A DNA stretch of 64,000 nucleotides, from positions 220,596,001-220,660,000 of the forward strand of contig OZ024742.1 of assembly GCA_964016885.1 (NCBI GenBank), given 5' to 3'. Source of the DNA: Eledone cirrhosa. Its lineage: Eukaryota. Each line of letters starts with the position of its first letter. Position 1 is the first letter of the stretch. The notes beneath the pieces were generated by a model that was given only the letters and a program-made list of their open reading frames with translations, was not told where the DNA came from and made no database searches. Below, piece by piece: positions 1-11,400 of this stretch. The position numbers and the translations under genes were made by a program.

Positions 1-350
1 TTTTCATTTGTGTTTAGTGCAGACCAGTCAAAGGGAATTTTCTTTGTCTTGTTTGTTTTGTTACATCTAAGTAAATATGATCCTTGCTATGATAGGACGA
101 TGATCTGAATCTAGTGGTAAGAAAGAGTTATAAGCTTCACAATTGATTGCACTATTTTTTACATTTATTATTTATTAAAATATGACCAAGTTAACTTCAG
201 ATACCATTTGGATATTTAAATGGCCACAACTCTCCTAGTTTTATTAGTCAGGTTTTATTCATTTAAAATATCCAACAATAATTCCTCATTTCTGTCTGTT
301 TTGTCATGAAAATTCTCCTGTGTTTTATGTGGAGTTCTATACAGAATTGA
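1..350 (-). mobile_element. Decayed RTE-type LINE, AP-endonuclease C-terminal fragment
   Basis: Minus-strand translation ...FKYPNG...HILINK...NCEAYNSFLPLDSDHRPIIARI contains the APE 'SDH' motif, with stops. Confidence 0.75.
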
Positions 351-384
351 AATATTATCAACAAGATGGACACACATATACAAA

Positions 385-568
385 TAATTGTTTCTACTTT
401 AGGCACAAGGCCAGTAATTACCTAGTGCATTACTGGTACTTTATTTTATCGACCCTGTAAGGATGAAAGGCAAAGTCAACCTCGGCGGGATTTGAACTCA
501 GATCATAAAGGGACGTAACTATGCTGGAAAGCATGGTGTCCGACCCTCTACTGATACTGCCAATCCAC
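385..568 (-). mobile_element. tRNA-derived Nin-domain-type SINE, family A (young)
   Basis: B-box-like gagttcaaatccc, GCCTTTCATCCTT..GGGTCGATAAA core, (ATT) tail; flanked by a tacaaataat direct repeat; near-identical to the copies at 831, 47030 and 58903. Confidence 0.85.
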
Positions 569-740
569 ATACAAATAATATCAGGGGAAATAATCTTTGA
601 GGCACCGAACCATGTAATTGTAAAATCTCTGAATTATTTCCCCTAAACTGTAAAGTCTAGACTAATGGAAATAAGATAGCATCTACATGTTTGCTTGACC
701 TACTAGATATAGCAGCCAAATCTGGTGATGATGGTAATGA

Positions 741-1019
741 TAATTGTTTCTACTATTGGCACAAGGCCAGCAATTACCCAGTGCATTACTGGTACTTTAT
801 GTTATCGACCCCGTAAGGTGATGGTGATGATAATTGTTTCTACTTTTGGCACAAGGCCAGCAATTACCCAGTACATTACTGGTACTTTATTTTATCGACC
901 CCGTAAGGATGAAAGGCAAAGTTAACCTCGACGGGATTTGAACTCAGACCATAAAGGGACGTAACTATGCTGGAAAGCATGGCGTCCGACCCTCTACCGA
1001 TACTGCCAATTCACCGCCC
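741..1019 (-). mobile_element. Tandem family A SINEs (truncated 741-817 plus full 831-1019)
   Basis: Same consensus as 385-568; repeated ggtgatggtaatgataat-like flanks. Confidence 0.85.
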
Positions 1020-1589
1020 TTCTGTGAAGGTGATGGTAATGATAATGATGATTAGTATGATAAAGACAAATTTCTTCATCTTTATCTTCTCCTCATCATT
1101 TATTGCTTTTGAAAATAAAGATTATTACCACTGTTAAAAAAGTTTCGTTTCCCATAAGAACCTAAGAAATAAATGACATTTTGCTTATGAAATAACTTCA
1201 CTGAAATTGAGTATTTTCCATGAAGTTAGTGGGTGAGGGAAATATACGTGAAACTAAACTAAATAGCTGTAATCTAAATCACAGTAATTACGACAATATT
1301 GGTAAGAATAGTAATATTTATATTAACCAAACTGAACTTCTTAGTAACTCCCACTTCTATGCTAACACTAGTGCTAACACCAGTAATATTGTAACTAACA
1401 ACCAAAAAATGAACTACAAACTCCCAGCACATATAAACTTATCTATTCAGAATATAAATCTTACTGGAAGATCAACCAATGTAAATACGGATACTCCAGT
1501 AATCCACAATTATATACTCCAAACAAACAATGATATCTTATCTGTGTAAATATTATAAATTAATAAATAAAAATACAGATATCCTTGCT

Positions 1590-2125
1590 ATGTTATATTC
1601 TTTCTGAGCTAGTGGTGTGCATTGACTGGTAATATGCCATACAGTTTCTCCATTCATGCCACAAATCCTACACTTATCACTTTCCTCTGTGTTGTTTACT
1701 CTATGCTCGATGTAATTAGTTCTTAGTGTTTGTTCTTGAGCAGCACAGATTGAGGCTTCTGTTTATGGTTTTAGATCATTTTTAGCCATCCATAACCACC
1801 TTTTTTCTCTATCTATCCTATCTTCAACATCTCTATGGAATTGTCCATACATTCTTTTTTCTGTCCATCTAGTTTCAACCCTCTTCAAATGCTTGTACAC
1901 TGTTTTTTCTTTGCAATCTTCTATTTTGCACAGCCCTGACCTTCTTACTTCCAGCAACGGGGGGTCTGTGGAATTTTTTATGTACTGCATCATGTTATTT
2001 TCTTCTGTTCTAATGCTGTCTTTGCACCCCATCAGTCCTCTTCCTCCTCTTTTTCTTGGCACATATAATTTGTCACACTTTGGATGAAATACCCCATATA
2101 GAGTCAATATGTTTCTTGTCTAAAC
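1590..2125 (-). mobile_element. R4/Dong-clade (RLE) non-LTR retrotransposon fragment
   Basis: HPKCDKLYVPRKRGGRGL...TEASICAAQEQTLRTNY...CRICGMNGETVWHITSQC (CCHC knuckle). Confidence 0.85.
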
Positions 2126-2164
2126 TGTTTAGCTATTTCATTGTTCACATGATCACCCCTAACA

Positions 2165-2560
2165 CTAAAAGGAAGTTAAGGAAAAGGGACTGTTCTGAAC
2201 TACCAGCTGTTGAGCAACATTTGGTTTGCCAGCAGTGTTTGAATCTGCCTGAGCAAAGCAGGTTTGATTAGACACGAACGAAGTCATATCAATAGACCTC
2301 ATGTAAATTATGATCTGAAAAGGTGTAAGGAATATGCAAGCATGGTAGGTCTTAAAAGACATATGAGAACACACAGTCAGAACCAAGCAGTGGAAAGTCC
2401 CAGAGGAGCCTACAGTTGCCATGTGTGTGCCAGAGGGTGCAACCCTTTGGCTGGTTTAAAAAGCCACATTCGTGCCTCACATTTTTGAGCATTTTATCAG
2501 GCGATACAATGTTTGAACACGAGTTTGCGCTATCGTGTGTATGTATGCATGTATGTATGT
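2165..2560 (+). mobile_element. Probable 3' end of an RTE LINE with C-terminal C2H2 zinc fingers
   Basis: Basic stretch KRKLRKR followed by CQQC..AGLIRHERSH, ..GLKRHMRTH and CHVC..AGLKSHIRASH; frameshifted; short 3' UTR then a (GTAT)n tail. Confidence 0.65.
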
Positions 2561-3380
2561 ATATACTAAGGTACGTATGTGCTTGTGCATGCACATGTGT
2601 GTGTATGTGTATGTGCATATATATGTATATTCTCCTCTTTAAACATAATGAAGCCTCAGAGTGAATCAATCATCTAGAATGTCGAAAGTCATTGAAAATT
2701 AACCTTCTTATGTGTTCAATCTCTAATATTAGCTGCTTATTTATATTTTGATATCTGTTCATCACAAAAGACAATGGTAGTGCCATCATTGCTATATTTC
2801 TAAAGTACATAATTTCACTTTTAAATACTTATGTTTTTTATAGACATACAGCTGAGAAATTTCAACTAGGAGTGGATCAAGCCATCATTTGAGTTCAATT
2901 GAAATTAACAGTGACCTAGAAAACCTTTAGAACTGGTTAATTCTATCTTCACATAATATATAACTACTTAGATATATGAAAATCATACGAGGTCAGGTCA
3001 CAAAGTGTCCAATTTGTTGCTTGACCCAAGGTCAACTCTGATTGAACAGGCAGATCTAAAGTCAATGGTTTTCCAGCCATGATCATCCTGTCTTTTACAA
3101 GAAACTATATTAAGAACTACATCCTTTTGCACCATGTCCTTCCTTTTATAAAATAGTGTGTGATATGGTGTTTTAGCTGGTATTTCTTGCCAGTCAAGCA
3201 ACATTATGGAGGTTATCACATTAGTTCAAAGACTGCCCAAGTTATAATAGGTATTCAATAATGCTAATTCATATAAACATGAAAGACATGGAGATAAATT
3301 TTGCAAGAGCACCTCCATACACTTTTTCCCATCTCTGACAGTATTTTACCTGATTTTTTTCAACTATCATGTATAGTCTA

Positions 3381-3655
3381 AGTCTAAAGTCTATCTCAAG
3401 CCTGGAGGCTCAGCAGGCCAGTGCTTATTCCAGTTTTCCAGTGTTAAGCAACTGAGAGTGCATGACTCAGCCTCTAGACAGGATGCCAGTCCATGGCAGG
3501 GTTAAGCCCCAGCTACTGCTGATAATCATTTTCAGCTGAATAAACTGGAGCAACATGGAATGAAGTGTTTTGCTCAAGACACACAACCCAGTCCAGGAAT
3601 CAAACTCACAACCTTATGATCACAACACACTTATTACTAGGCCCGCAGACACACG
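3381..3655 (-). mobile_element. tRNA-derived SINE family B (CORE/Meta-like body)
   Basis: Shared consensus ...cttgagcaaaacacttcatt...; other copies at 52627-52905, 54835-55092, 61005-61292 and 62040-62212. Confidence 0.75.
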
Positions 3656-4024
3656 CCTACATAAATTTATGCAGAAAATAAATTCCATTAAAGTGACCCT
3701 CTAGGATATTGTGCAAAAGTCATGAGCAATACTCATCCTCGTGACTATCTCATTAAAAGAAATCTGACAGCATATAAAATCAATATATAGATTTAATCCT
3801 TTCATTACCATACGCCTTATAAAGGACACTGCCAATGATTTTGAGGGATTTAGTAATATAACTAACTTTCTCATTATGAAGCTGATGTTTGAAACATAAC
3901 TTAACTAAAGTTCTTACATAAAAATATAGTGGAAAGTTTTTAGACAAATGTAAACACTTTAAAACAAACAGCTTTGTATCATTGCACCAAGGTTGATTTC
4001 AGGTAGTTTGGTATCAAAAGAGTT

Positions 4025-4590
4025 AAGAGTTGAGAAACTATCACTCCTTCCAGCAGGTCCTGTCAAAAGCAACCATCTCCAATTGATCCAGCTGTATCCC
4101 CAAGTGAGACCAACCAAGCTCATGGATGTTATCCAACCATCTTGTTTGGTGTCTATCGTTGGGTTTCCTGCTGGTCTGTTTTGCCAGTAAAATCTCTGTA
4201 GTGATTCTTTCCTGAGACATTTTATCATACTAAATAACTCGTCAGAAGATGGTCTCCAACATCCATTTGACAGGTTTGCTGCCGAGTGCTGCACAGCAGG
4301 AATAAAAATCAGTGCTGCAAGGACTGAGACATTCATCCTCTCAAAGACACCTGCACAGTGCACTCTACATGTGAGTGGAGTTCCACTGAAGTAGGTAGAA
4401 ATGTTCAGGGCTGTGTTCACAAGTGATGGATGGCAGGAGGCTGAATTAAGTGCAAGAATTGCAGGTGCAGTAATGCGCCAGCTTCAGCATTCAGTCATCA
4501 GAAGAAGGGAAGTAGGTGTAAAAAGCCAAACTTACTATCTTCAATTCGGTATTCATGCCAACCCTTGCCTATGATGATGAATCTTGAATA
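4025..4590. mobile_element. Rex3/Expander-like RTE fragments in opposite orientations (4025-4230 minus, 4265-4590 plus)
   Basis: Plus strand DRFAAECCTAGIKISAARTETFILS; minus strand carries the 3' end; same family as 36835-37828. Confidence 0.75.
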
Positions 4591-4829
4591 TGACATCTTT
4601 TAAAAATATATACAATTTTTTCTTCGTTAAAAAATAAAAAGAAAAGACCTGTAGTAAATCATTAATACAAAATATTGTTCTAGTTTGATTTTCTCAATTG
4701 AATTTAAAAGATTAAATATTTTTCTGATTAGCGGGTGAAGATTGAAGCTCATGAAAAAGATGACAAAAGACTAATAAATGTTGATATGCAATACACAAGA
4801 AGGCCCACAAATGGTGAGATTTATAATAT

Positions 4830-5790
4830 ATCTACTTTGTCTCTTGCCCATTATATTCCTGTTAAGTCTCTGTCCACTCTACCATGCTGTCTAATAGTAT
4901 TTGAACTTTCCATTCCATATTCACTACCATCATTCTACTTCTTTTCCACCACCACCACTTTTCTCTCTCTTTACCTCCTTTGCAGCATGACATCTGAGTA
5001 ACAAAGGATGGCATCAAATAGATTCATGTCTAATTTCACCCCCTCCACTACCCTCATCCATGTGTATCACATGTCTACATCAGCACAGCTTTCTCTCTTG
5101 CACACTACATCTGATTGCTTTATACCTAGTTTCTCTCTCAGTTATTCCATTATTTCACGCATGTTAACATCCATTGAAGCATGTTTGCTTCATTTCTCTC
5201 CAGCCATCACACCCTCTGTATTCACTGCCCATGTCTCACTACCATGCAACATCACACTTCACACACAGCTGACTTTTTATTCATAGAGAGATGTTTTGTT
5301 GTCAGCAGAGGTAGTAGCTCTCTAAACTTCTTCCATCCTGTCGTTATTGTAACTACTATGCTCACGGAGCACCCACTTCCACTGCTAGTTATATCACTTA
5401 GGTAGTAGAAGATATCAACTACTTCTATGGATCCTACCTGGGATTGGGAAAGGTTTATATCACTGGCACTTATGAATCGTCCCTGAACATCGACCACTTG
5501 CAAATATTTCTTTTCCCATCAGTCTGCCTGCTGTCCCACTTACACCTCTTCTCTACCCCAAATTTGCAGTGTAGTACATGTATAGAATTTATGCCTACTC
5601 CTTTTCTACATGTTGAGCAAGGCCACTTCTCTTATCAACACCTTAGTTTTCTCTAAGTTTGCTCTCAGCCCTTTTGATTCTAAGTTCTGTTTCCACAACT
5701 GGAGTATATTCTCTAGTTCTTCCACTGCTTCAGCTATAAGGATCAGATCATCAGCATACAGAAGTTTCCATGGACACCCACTCTTATGGT
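4830..5790 (-). mobile_element. Decayed RTE LINE reverse-transcriptase fragment
   Basis: GCPWKLLYADDLILIA...GLRANLEKTKVL...GWKKFRELLPLLT. Confidence 0.85.
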
Positions 5791-5984
5791 TTGGGAAACT
5801 ATAATAAACAGGACATCAAATTATATAGCAACTATGGAATTTACATCTGCAATGCTGCAACACCACCTCAAGAATGAGTGCAACTACGCCTTTCTTGGTC
5901 TTGATGGTGTGACGTAACCGCTTCTCAAATGTGGTGGGTACTTTCTTCTGCACCAGCTTTCAGTCTTCTTCCAATCTGACTGAA

Positions 5985-7570
5985 TGGAACATTCCTGTTC
6001 AAAAAGGGTGATCACACACCGCCTATCAACTAGTAAGACTGGCTATCGTCCAGCCAGTCTTACTAGCTGCTCCACGAAACACTCTGGAACTTCTGTAAAT
6101 CTCACAGCCTTATCCGGCACTCACAATTTAGATTTATCCCTAACTCCAGCTGCTGTGGTTAACTTATCGAGTTTCTTGAAGACATTACCCGAATCACTGA
6201 TGGGGGCTCATGGGTGGATGTTATTTATCTTGACTTTGCTAAAGCTTTTAATTGTTGGGTGTGAGAGATGATCTTTATAGCCGATTGAAGTCCTTCATTC
6301 TCAGTCGAAAAGAGATAGTCATGGTTCTAGGACAACATTCTTCACCCTATGAGATGAAATCTGGTGTATCACAGGGATCTGTTCTTGGTCCCTTTTTGTT
6401 TGTTGCATATATTAATGACAGATTTAGCAGTGGAGACTTCTGGTGTCCTTGGCCCACCTCCCTACTCACAACCAACAACACAGAGTTGGCTACCCACAGG
6501 TACGAGTCTTACGAGCTGGAACGGCTCTTTCAGCAAGCCTCCCTCACCATCCTCCGGGGAAATGCTTTCTCTATTTTGTCTGCTGGGGCTATGAGGCTGC
6601 CAGCGTGTGGGGCCTCCATTTGTTTATAATAGTGAAAGATAGGGAGAGATAGAGGCAGTGACATTGGGAGTTTGATTCCATTGTGATTGGACCTGGTGTA
6701 TATGTATATATTTACTTACCACACCACATTAATATTTTCTCATTATTAAACTAGCGCGTGGATTAAACAATATCCAGTGATGCCAACTTGAGGAATGCCA
6801 CAGAGTTGAAATATGCCGATGATATCAAGCTGTACCTTGAGATAAAAAGGACAGATCCTGTATGCTATAGATCTTTCCTGCAATCAGGCCTGGACACAAT
6901 GCAGCAATGGACTGGTAACTCAAGCAGGCTGTGGACAAGTGTACTACCATGCATTTTGGGAGGAAAAACTCAGCTTTCACATACTCCCTCCATAACACCT
7001 ATCTCAGGAAATCTTGTGAACGTGACCTGGGCATTATTGCCAACATCGATTTGCTTTGGACAAAGCACATCTCTAAAATTATCAAGAAGGCCGAAGGTGT
7101 CTTAGCATCACTCAGCTGCTCTCCAGCTATCTATTAAAATCTGTATATAGCTATGGTGCATCCACACTTAGGGTTTCCAGACTGGTGATGCAAATTCTAT
7201 GTCGCTCAGAATATTGATCTGGAAACTGTTCAGAGATGTGCAACCAAGCAAATACCTTCCATCAGGCATCTACCATACTCTGAACGCCTTGCTTCCCTGG
7301 GCATGGATACATTAAAGCTCCAACGTCTGGTAACTGACTTGGTAAACACCCATGAGATTATCAACCATCTTTCCAACAACTATGTCTAACACCTGTGGAA
7401 GTGCTTACAAAATCAGAAAACAGTGCAGCTCCCATAACTCTTGGAAACATTTTTTCACGCCCAGTGTTGTTGAAGAATGGAACAAACTTCCTGCATCAGT
7501 TGTTAGTTGTCGGGACACTGCATCCTTCAAAACTTCCATGCTTCCCAAAATTCGCCAACACTGCATGTGA
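5985..7570 (+). mobile_element. CR1-clade LINE RT fragment interrupted by a nested insertion
   Basis: YRPASLTS, VDVIYLDFAKAF, GVSQGSVLGPFLFVAYIND, then after the insert YADDIKLY, ERDLGI, ETVQRCATK and VVEEWNKLPASVV. Confidence 0.88.
6421..6778 (+). mobile_element. 3' end of a CRE-clade (RLE) non-LTR element nested in the CR1
   Basis: AVETSGVLGP and LFQQASLTILRGNAFSIL resemble the CRE C-terminus (QRLS.AIQRGNA). Confidence 0.7.
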
Positions 7571-7639
7571 TATTCCCTCTCCATACATATGCACGCATGT
7601 GTGTATGTGTGTGTGTATCACGACTCATACACTGTTCGC

Positions 7640-7800
7640 TTTGGGGGGAAGCCACAGCAGAAGACCAAGGAAGGCCTGGATTGAGGTGGTGAGAGTTGAG
7701 CTCAGATCGCTAAAGCTCACTGAGGATATGACAAAAGAACGAGTGGAGGACTCATCAAACCCATGCAAGTGTGGAATAACGGACATAAAATGCTGATGAC
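7640..7800 (+). mobile_element. RTE LINE 3' end
   Basis: RRPRKAWIEVVRVELRSLKLTEDM followed by an aacccatgcaag...tgatga tail shared with dispersed repeats in the window. Confidence 0.65.
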
Positions 7801-8291
7801 AATGACATAATGATACACATGCACACACAAGAACAAAAGTAAAACAAATATCAGCAATATTTTATAACTTTTGTCAGTATTTTTTTTCACTTTTTTTATT
7901 ATTTTGTCTTTCTTCCATCATCATCATCTTCATAAAATCGTTGGTATAGAGGTAAACACTTTCAGAAAAAAAAATGTATTAAAAAAAAAACAAACAATTA
8001 ATTGTCTTCAGCAATTATTTCAAGTGAGAAAGTGAAGGATAATACGGCGGGGACTGGGTCAAGGAGGGAAAGGAATGTTGTTGTTAATAATGTTTAACAT
8101 AAACAGTTGAACTTGGTGTTGTTGTTATGGTAAATGTTGTTTTTGTTGTTGCAGGTGGTGGGTGGAGGTGGTGGGTGGAGGTGGTGGATTGTGGTGGGAG
8201 CAGTAACAATTTGTTTTTTTATTGATTTTATTAACTTTTTTTGTGTCTTTTCTTTTTTCATTATTTTTATATAACTTAAATCCAAATCCTA

Positions 8292-8444
8292 CTAAAAATG
8301 TGTGGGCCTTGTAATAGCAATATCGCCTGTGTTCAACCGAGGGCGAGGCAGATCACCAAATATAAAACCTTCATCTTTCCGTAGACTTTCAGTCAAAGCC
8401 TTCATACTGGCAGCAATTTCTTGTGGGTCATGAGGCGAAGGGCA
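8292..8444 (-). CDS. AKT1S1: PRAS40 terminal coding exon (Akt site RPRLNT)
   Basis: Acceptor ttattgcag; encodes CPSPHDPQEIAASMKALTESLRKDEGFIFGDLPRPRLNTGDIAITRPTHF, then TAG. Confidence 0.95.
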   Translation of the reverse strand, partial: CPSPHDPQEIAASMKALTESLRKDEGFIFGDLPRPRLNTGDIAITRPTHF

Positions 8445-11400
8445 CTGCAATAAGAAAAGGGTTTTTTTAATAAATAAATAAATAAATAGATAGATAAATA
8501 ATAATATTTTCATTATTATTATAAAGGGTGGCGAATGGGCAATATTGTTAGAGTATTGGACAAATGCTGAGCAGTATTTGTTCCAAATTTTTATGTTCCG
8601 AGTTCAACTTTGCCTTTCAACCTGCCAAGTTCAATAAAATAAAGTACCAGTCAAGTACTGGGCTGGATATAATAAACTTTCCCTTCCCTGCAAAACTGCT
8701 GACCTTATGCCTATGTTAAAAATCATTTTTTTATGTCCTTTTATGTTCTGAGTTTAACCCTTTAGCATTTAAACTGGCCATATCCAGCCAGAATCCTCTC
8801 ACCTCTTTCTGTTCAAACCCGTCATAACTCTCACTCATCCTGACGTTAAGATATTGTTCTCAAAATAAATATCAAATTCTTATAGATTTGATATTAGGTG
8901 AGATAATTATTTAAGATACAGATTTTACCACGAAAATACAATAGTATACTCCATTGGGAGTTAACAATATTGTTTATCCTTCTAGAGTCAATGAAATAAG
9001 TATCAGTCAAATAGATAAATTCAGCTATACTCTATTCCAAAATTTGTAGCTTTGTGCCGATGTTAGAAACTATTTTATTATTGGTTGTATTTTTCCTCTT
9101 CTTTCAGTTTTGTTTCCATTTCTTGCCAAGTGTCTTCCTGACACCTTGGACAGAGAACCTCACTACATACATTGATAAGTTACAAAATAAACACACCACA
9201 TTGTTCACGACATGCACTTTACACAGTTACATGTATATCATTTCTGTTTAAAATCATATTTACAACAGAATGATATTCAATCATATAAGAGTGCTCAATT
9301 ATTTACAACTTACATAATTATGGAATATAACCAAATAAAGTTATGTAAAAAAAATTACATAGATGATTATCTTTCTCACAGCAATAGTGTTCTTCTCAAT
9401 GTGTGCCATACCAGTTAAAACAACTTTTTGCAGTGATGGTAAACTAGGGATCATTCTAAAATAATTTTCTGTTCATTCCTAGTGCTCCTACAATTTATTA
9501 TTATTATTATTAGGGTGGTTAACTTTGTCTTTCATCCTTACGGGGTCGATAAAATAAAGTACCAGTAATACACTGGGTAATTGCTGGCCTTGTGCCAAAA
9601 GTAGAAACAATTATTATTATTATTAGGGTGGTGGATTGGCAGTATCGGTAGAGCGTCGGACAACATACTTTGCAGCATAGAGTTTCTGACCCTTTGCGTT
9701 GTGTTCAAATCCCGCCAAGGTTAGCTTTACCTTTCATCCTTACGAGGTCGATAAAATAAAGTACCAGTCCCACACTGGGGTCTATTTCTTTAACTTTCCC
9801 CTCTCCCAAAATTGCTGGCCTTGTGCCTAAATCAGAAACCATTATTATTATTCTATTCTATTCTTCTTCTTCTTCTTCAACCAAAGCAACAAACTTGAAA
9901 TGATAGATGATTGTATTAGTGCCGACATTAATGGCCAGCAGCAGATCTCAGTAGAAGAGGCTAAATGCTGTGAAAAACCAATAATGGCAGCTAAGTGGTT
10001 ATGCAAGTCCTCTAAATGTTATGGATACATGCCAGACTTGTTTGCCAGCAACTTGGCAGACATCTACTGCAACTAGCAGCAGAATGAGAGAATTCCCAGT
10101 TCTACAAATCAGGGAGTGTAGCACTATTGATAAAGGATGCAAACAAGAGGAACATGATTAATAATTTTTGACACATAGCTCTGGTAAATGTAGAGTTTTA
10201 GATCTTGGCCAAGATGATAGAAAGGAAGTTGGCTCATGACATCAGTTATGTGGTTGGAAAAGCATAGACCTGTATGATCTTGGACGGATTAATCTATGAC
10301 AACCTCCATCTTACGTCTTACATTGTGAAGAGGGAGTGTGGGTAAACAAATCTAGCTTCAGTGAATTGTTGATCATTGTAGGTCAATTGAACAATTTTGA
10401 TAGGGCCAACCATTGCACCTTGGCTATTATCTTCAATGCTGCCGAATTTGGTCTCTATTTTCAGAAGCTGGTGAGCTTCAGTGTAGTCAAATTAGTCTGC
10501 TCAACAATCAGACTAAATGCTCCTCTTATTGGAATCATTAGTACATCATCTTTGCTGTGTGCAATGACTGTTGATCCCTTGCTGCAGAAACTAGAGGAAT
10601 TGAGAAACATTTCAATCAAACTAAGAGCTATGCTGATAATATCACCAAATGGATTGAGATGGCCAATATCATTCTAGAAATATACAGGGTGATGAAAGGG
10701 ACAAAGATTAGCCTGGACAAGTTGGTGGATTGGCAGCTAGGTACCTGAATAAGCAATTCCATAGCAATAAGCATCATAGGGTGCTGAAGCAATGAGTTGA
10801 TTAAGCTATTTGAAGTATGGACCTGGGACAAAGTTACAAGCATGGTGACTAACCTCACCCAGAAATGTCACCTCTATTTTATATTAATGGCTGATTATCC
10901 TATGTCTCATTTATTATAGAGACATTTTTCATTAGTCAGGTAGTTCATTTGCTATCATCAACTTCTGCTCAGTGGACTGTCTACTATACCTAACAGTGTG
11001 GCATATACAGAGACACAGAGAGAGAGAGTGAGCAAGAGTGGTCACTCTTTGTCAAGTAGTTTTCTCACAGCTCATATCTTTGATGGAACAGTAGCCCTTG
11101 GTCAAGCAAAGACCAAGTTTGAATGCTTGTCATCTGAAATGTAGTCAAGCCCTCTACCAACCAAGTAATACAGTTAGTGGAACATCCACATTACCACCCT
11201 ACAGAGAGCGACAAATTCTTAAAGAAACTCTAGGTGTCAACAAGAACCAACTGGCTAACTGTTCTACAGGACATTTGAACTGGAAGCTAAAGATAATTTC
11301 CAGAAATCCGTTCTGTCAAAACAGCTGGTGTCACTTGTAGCATGGATGCAGCTACCAACCAAGTCCATTGTAAAGATCAACTTACCACTGTCCTTTGGCT

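Noticed and set aside
18-116. Apparent plus-strand exon ending at gtaaga
   Set aside because: The minus strand is a LINE endonuclease remnant (SDH motif).
1220-1549. 109-aa Asn-rich ORF
   Set aside because: Low-complexity product of A-rich DNA; no recognisable domain or splice context.
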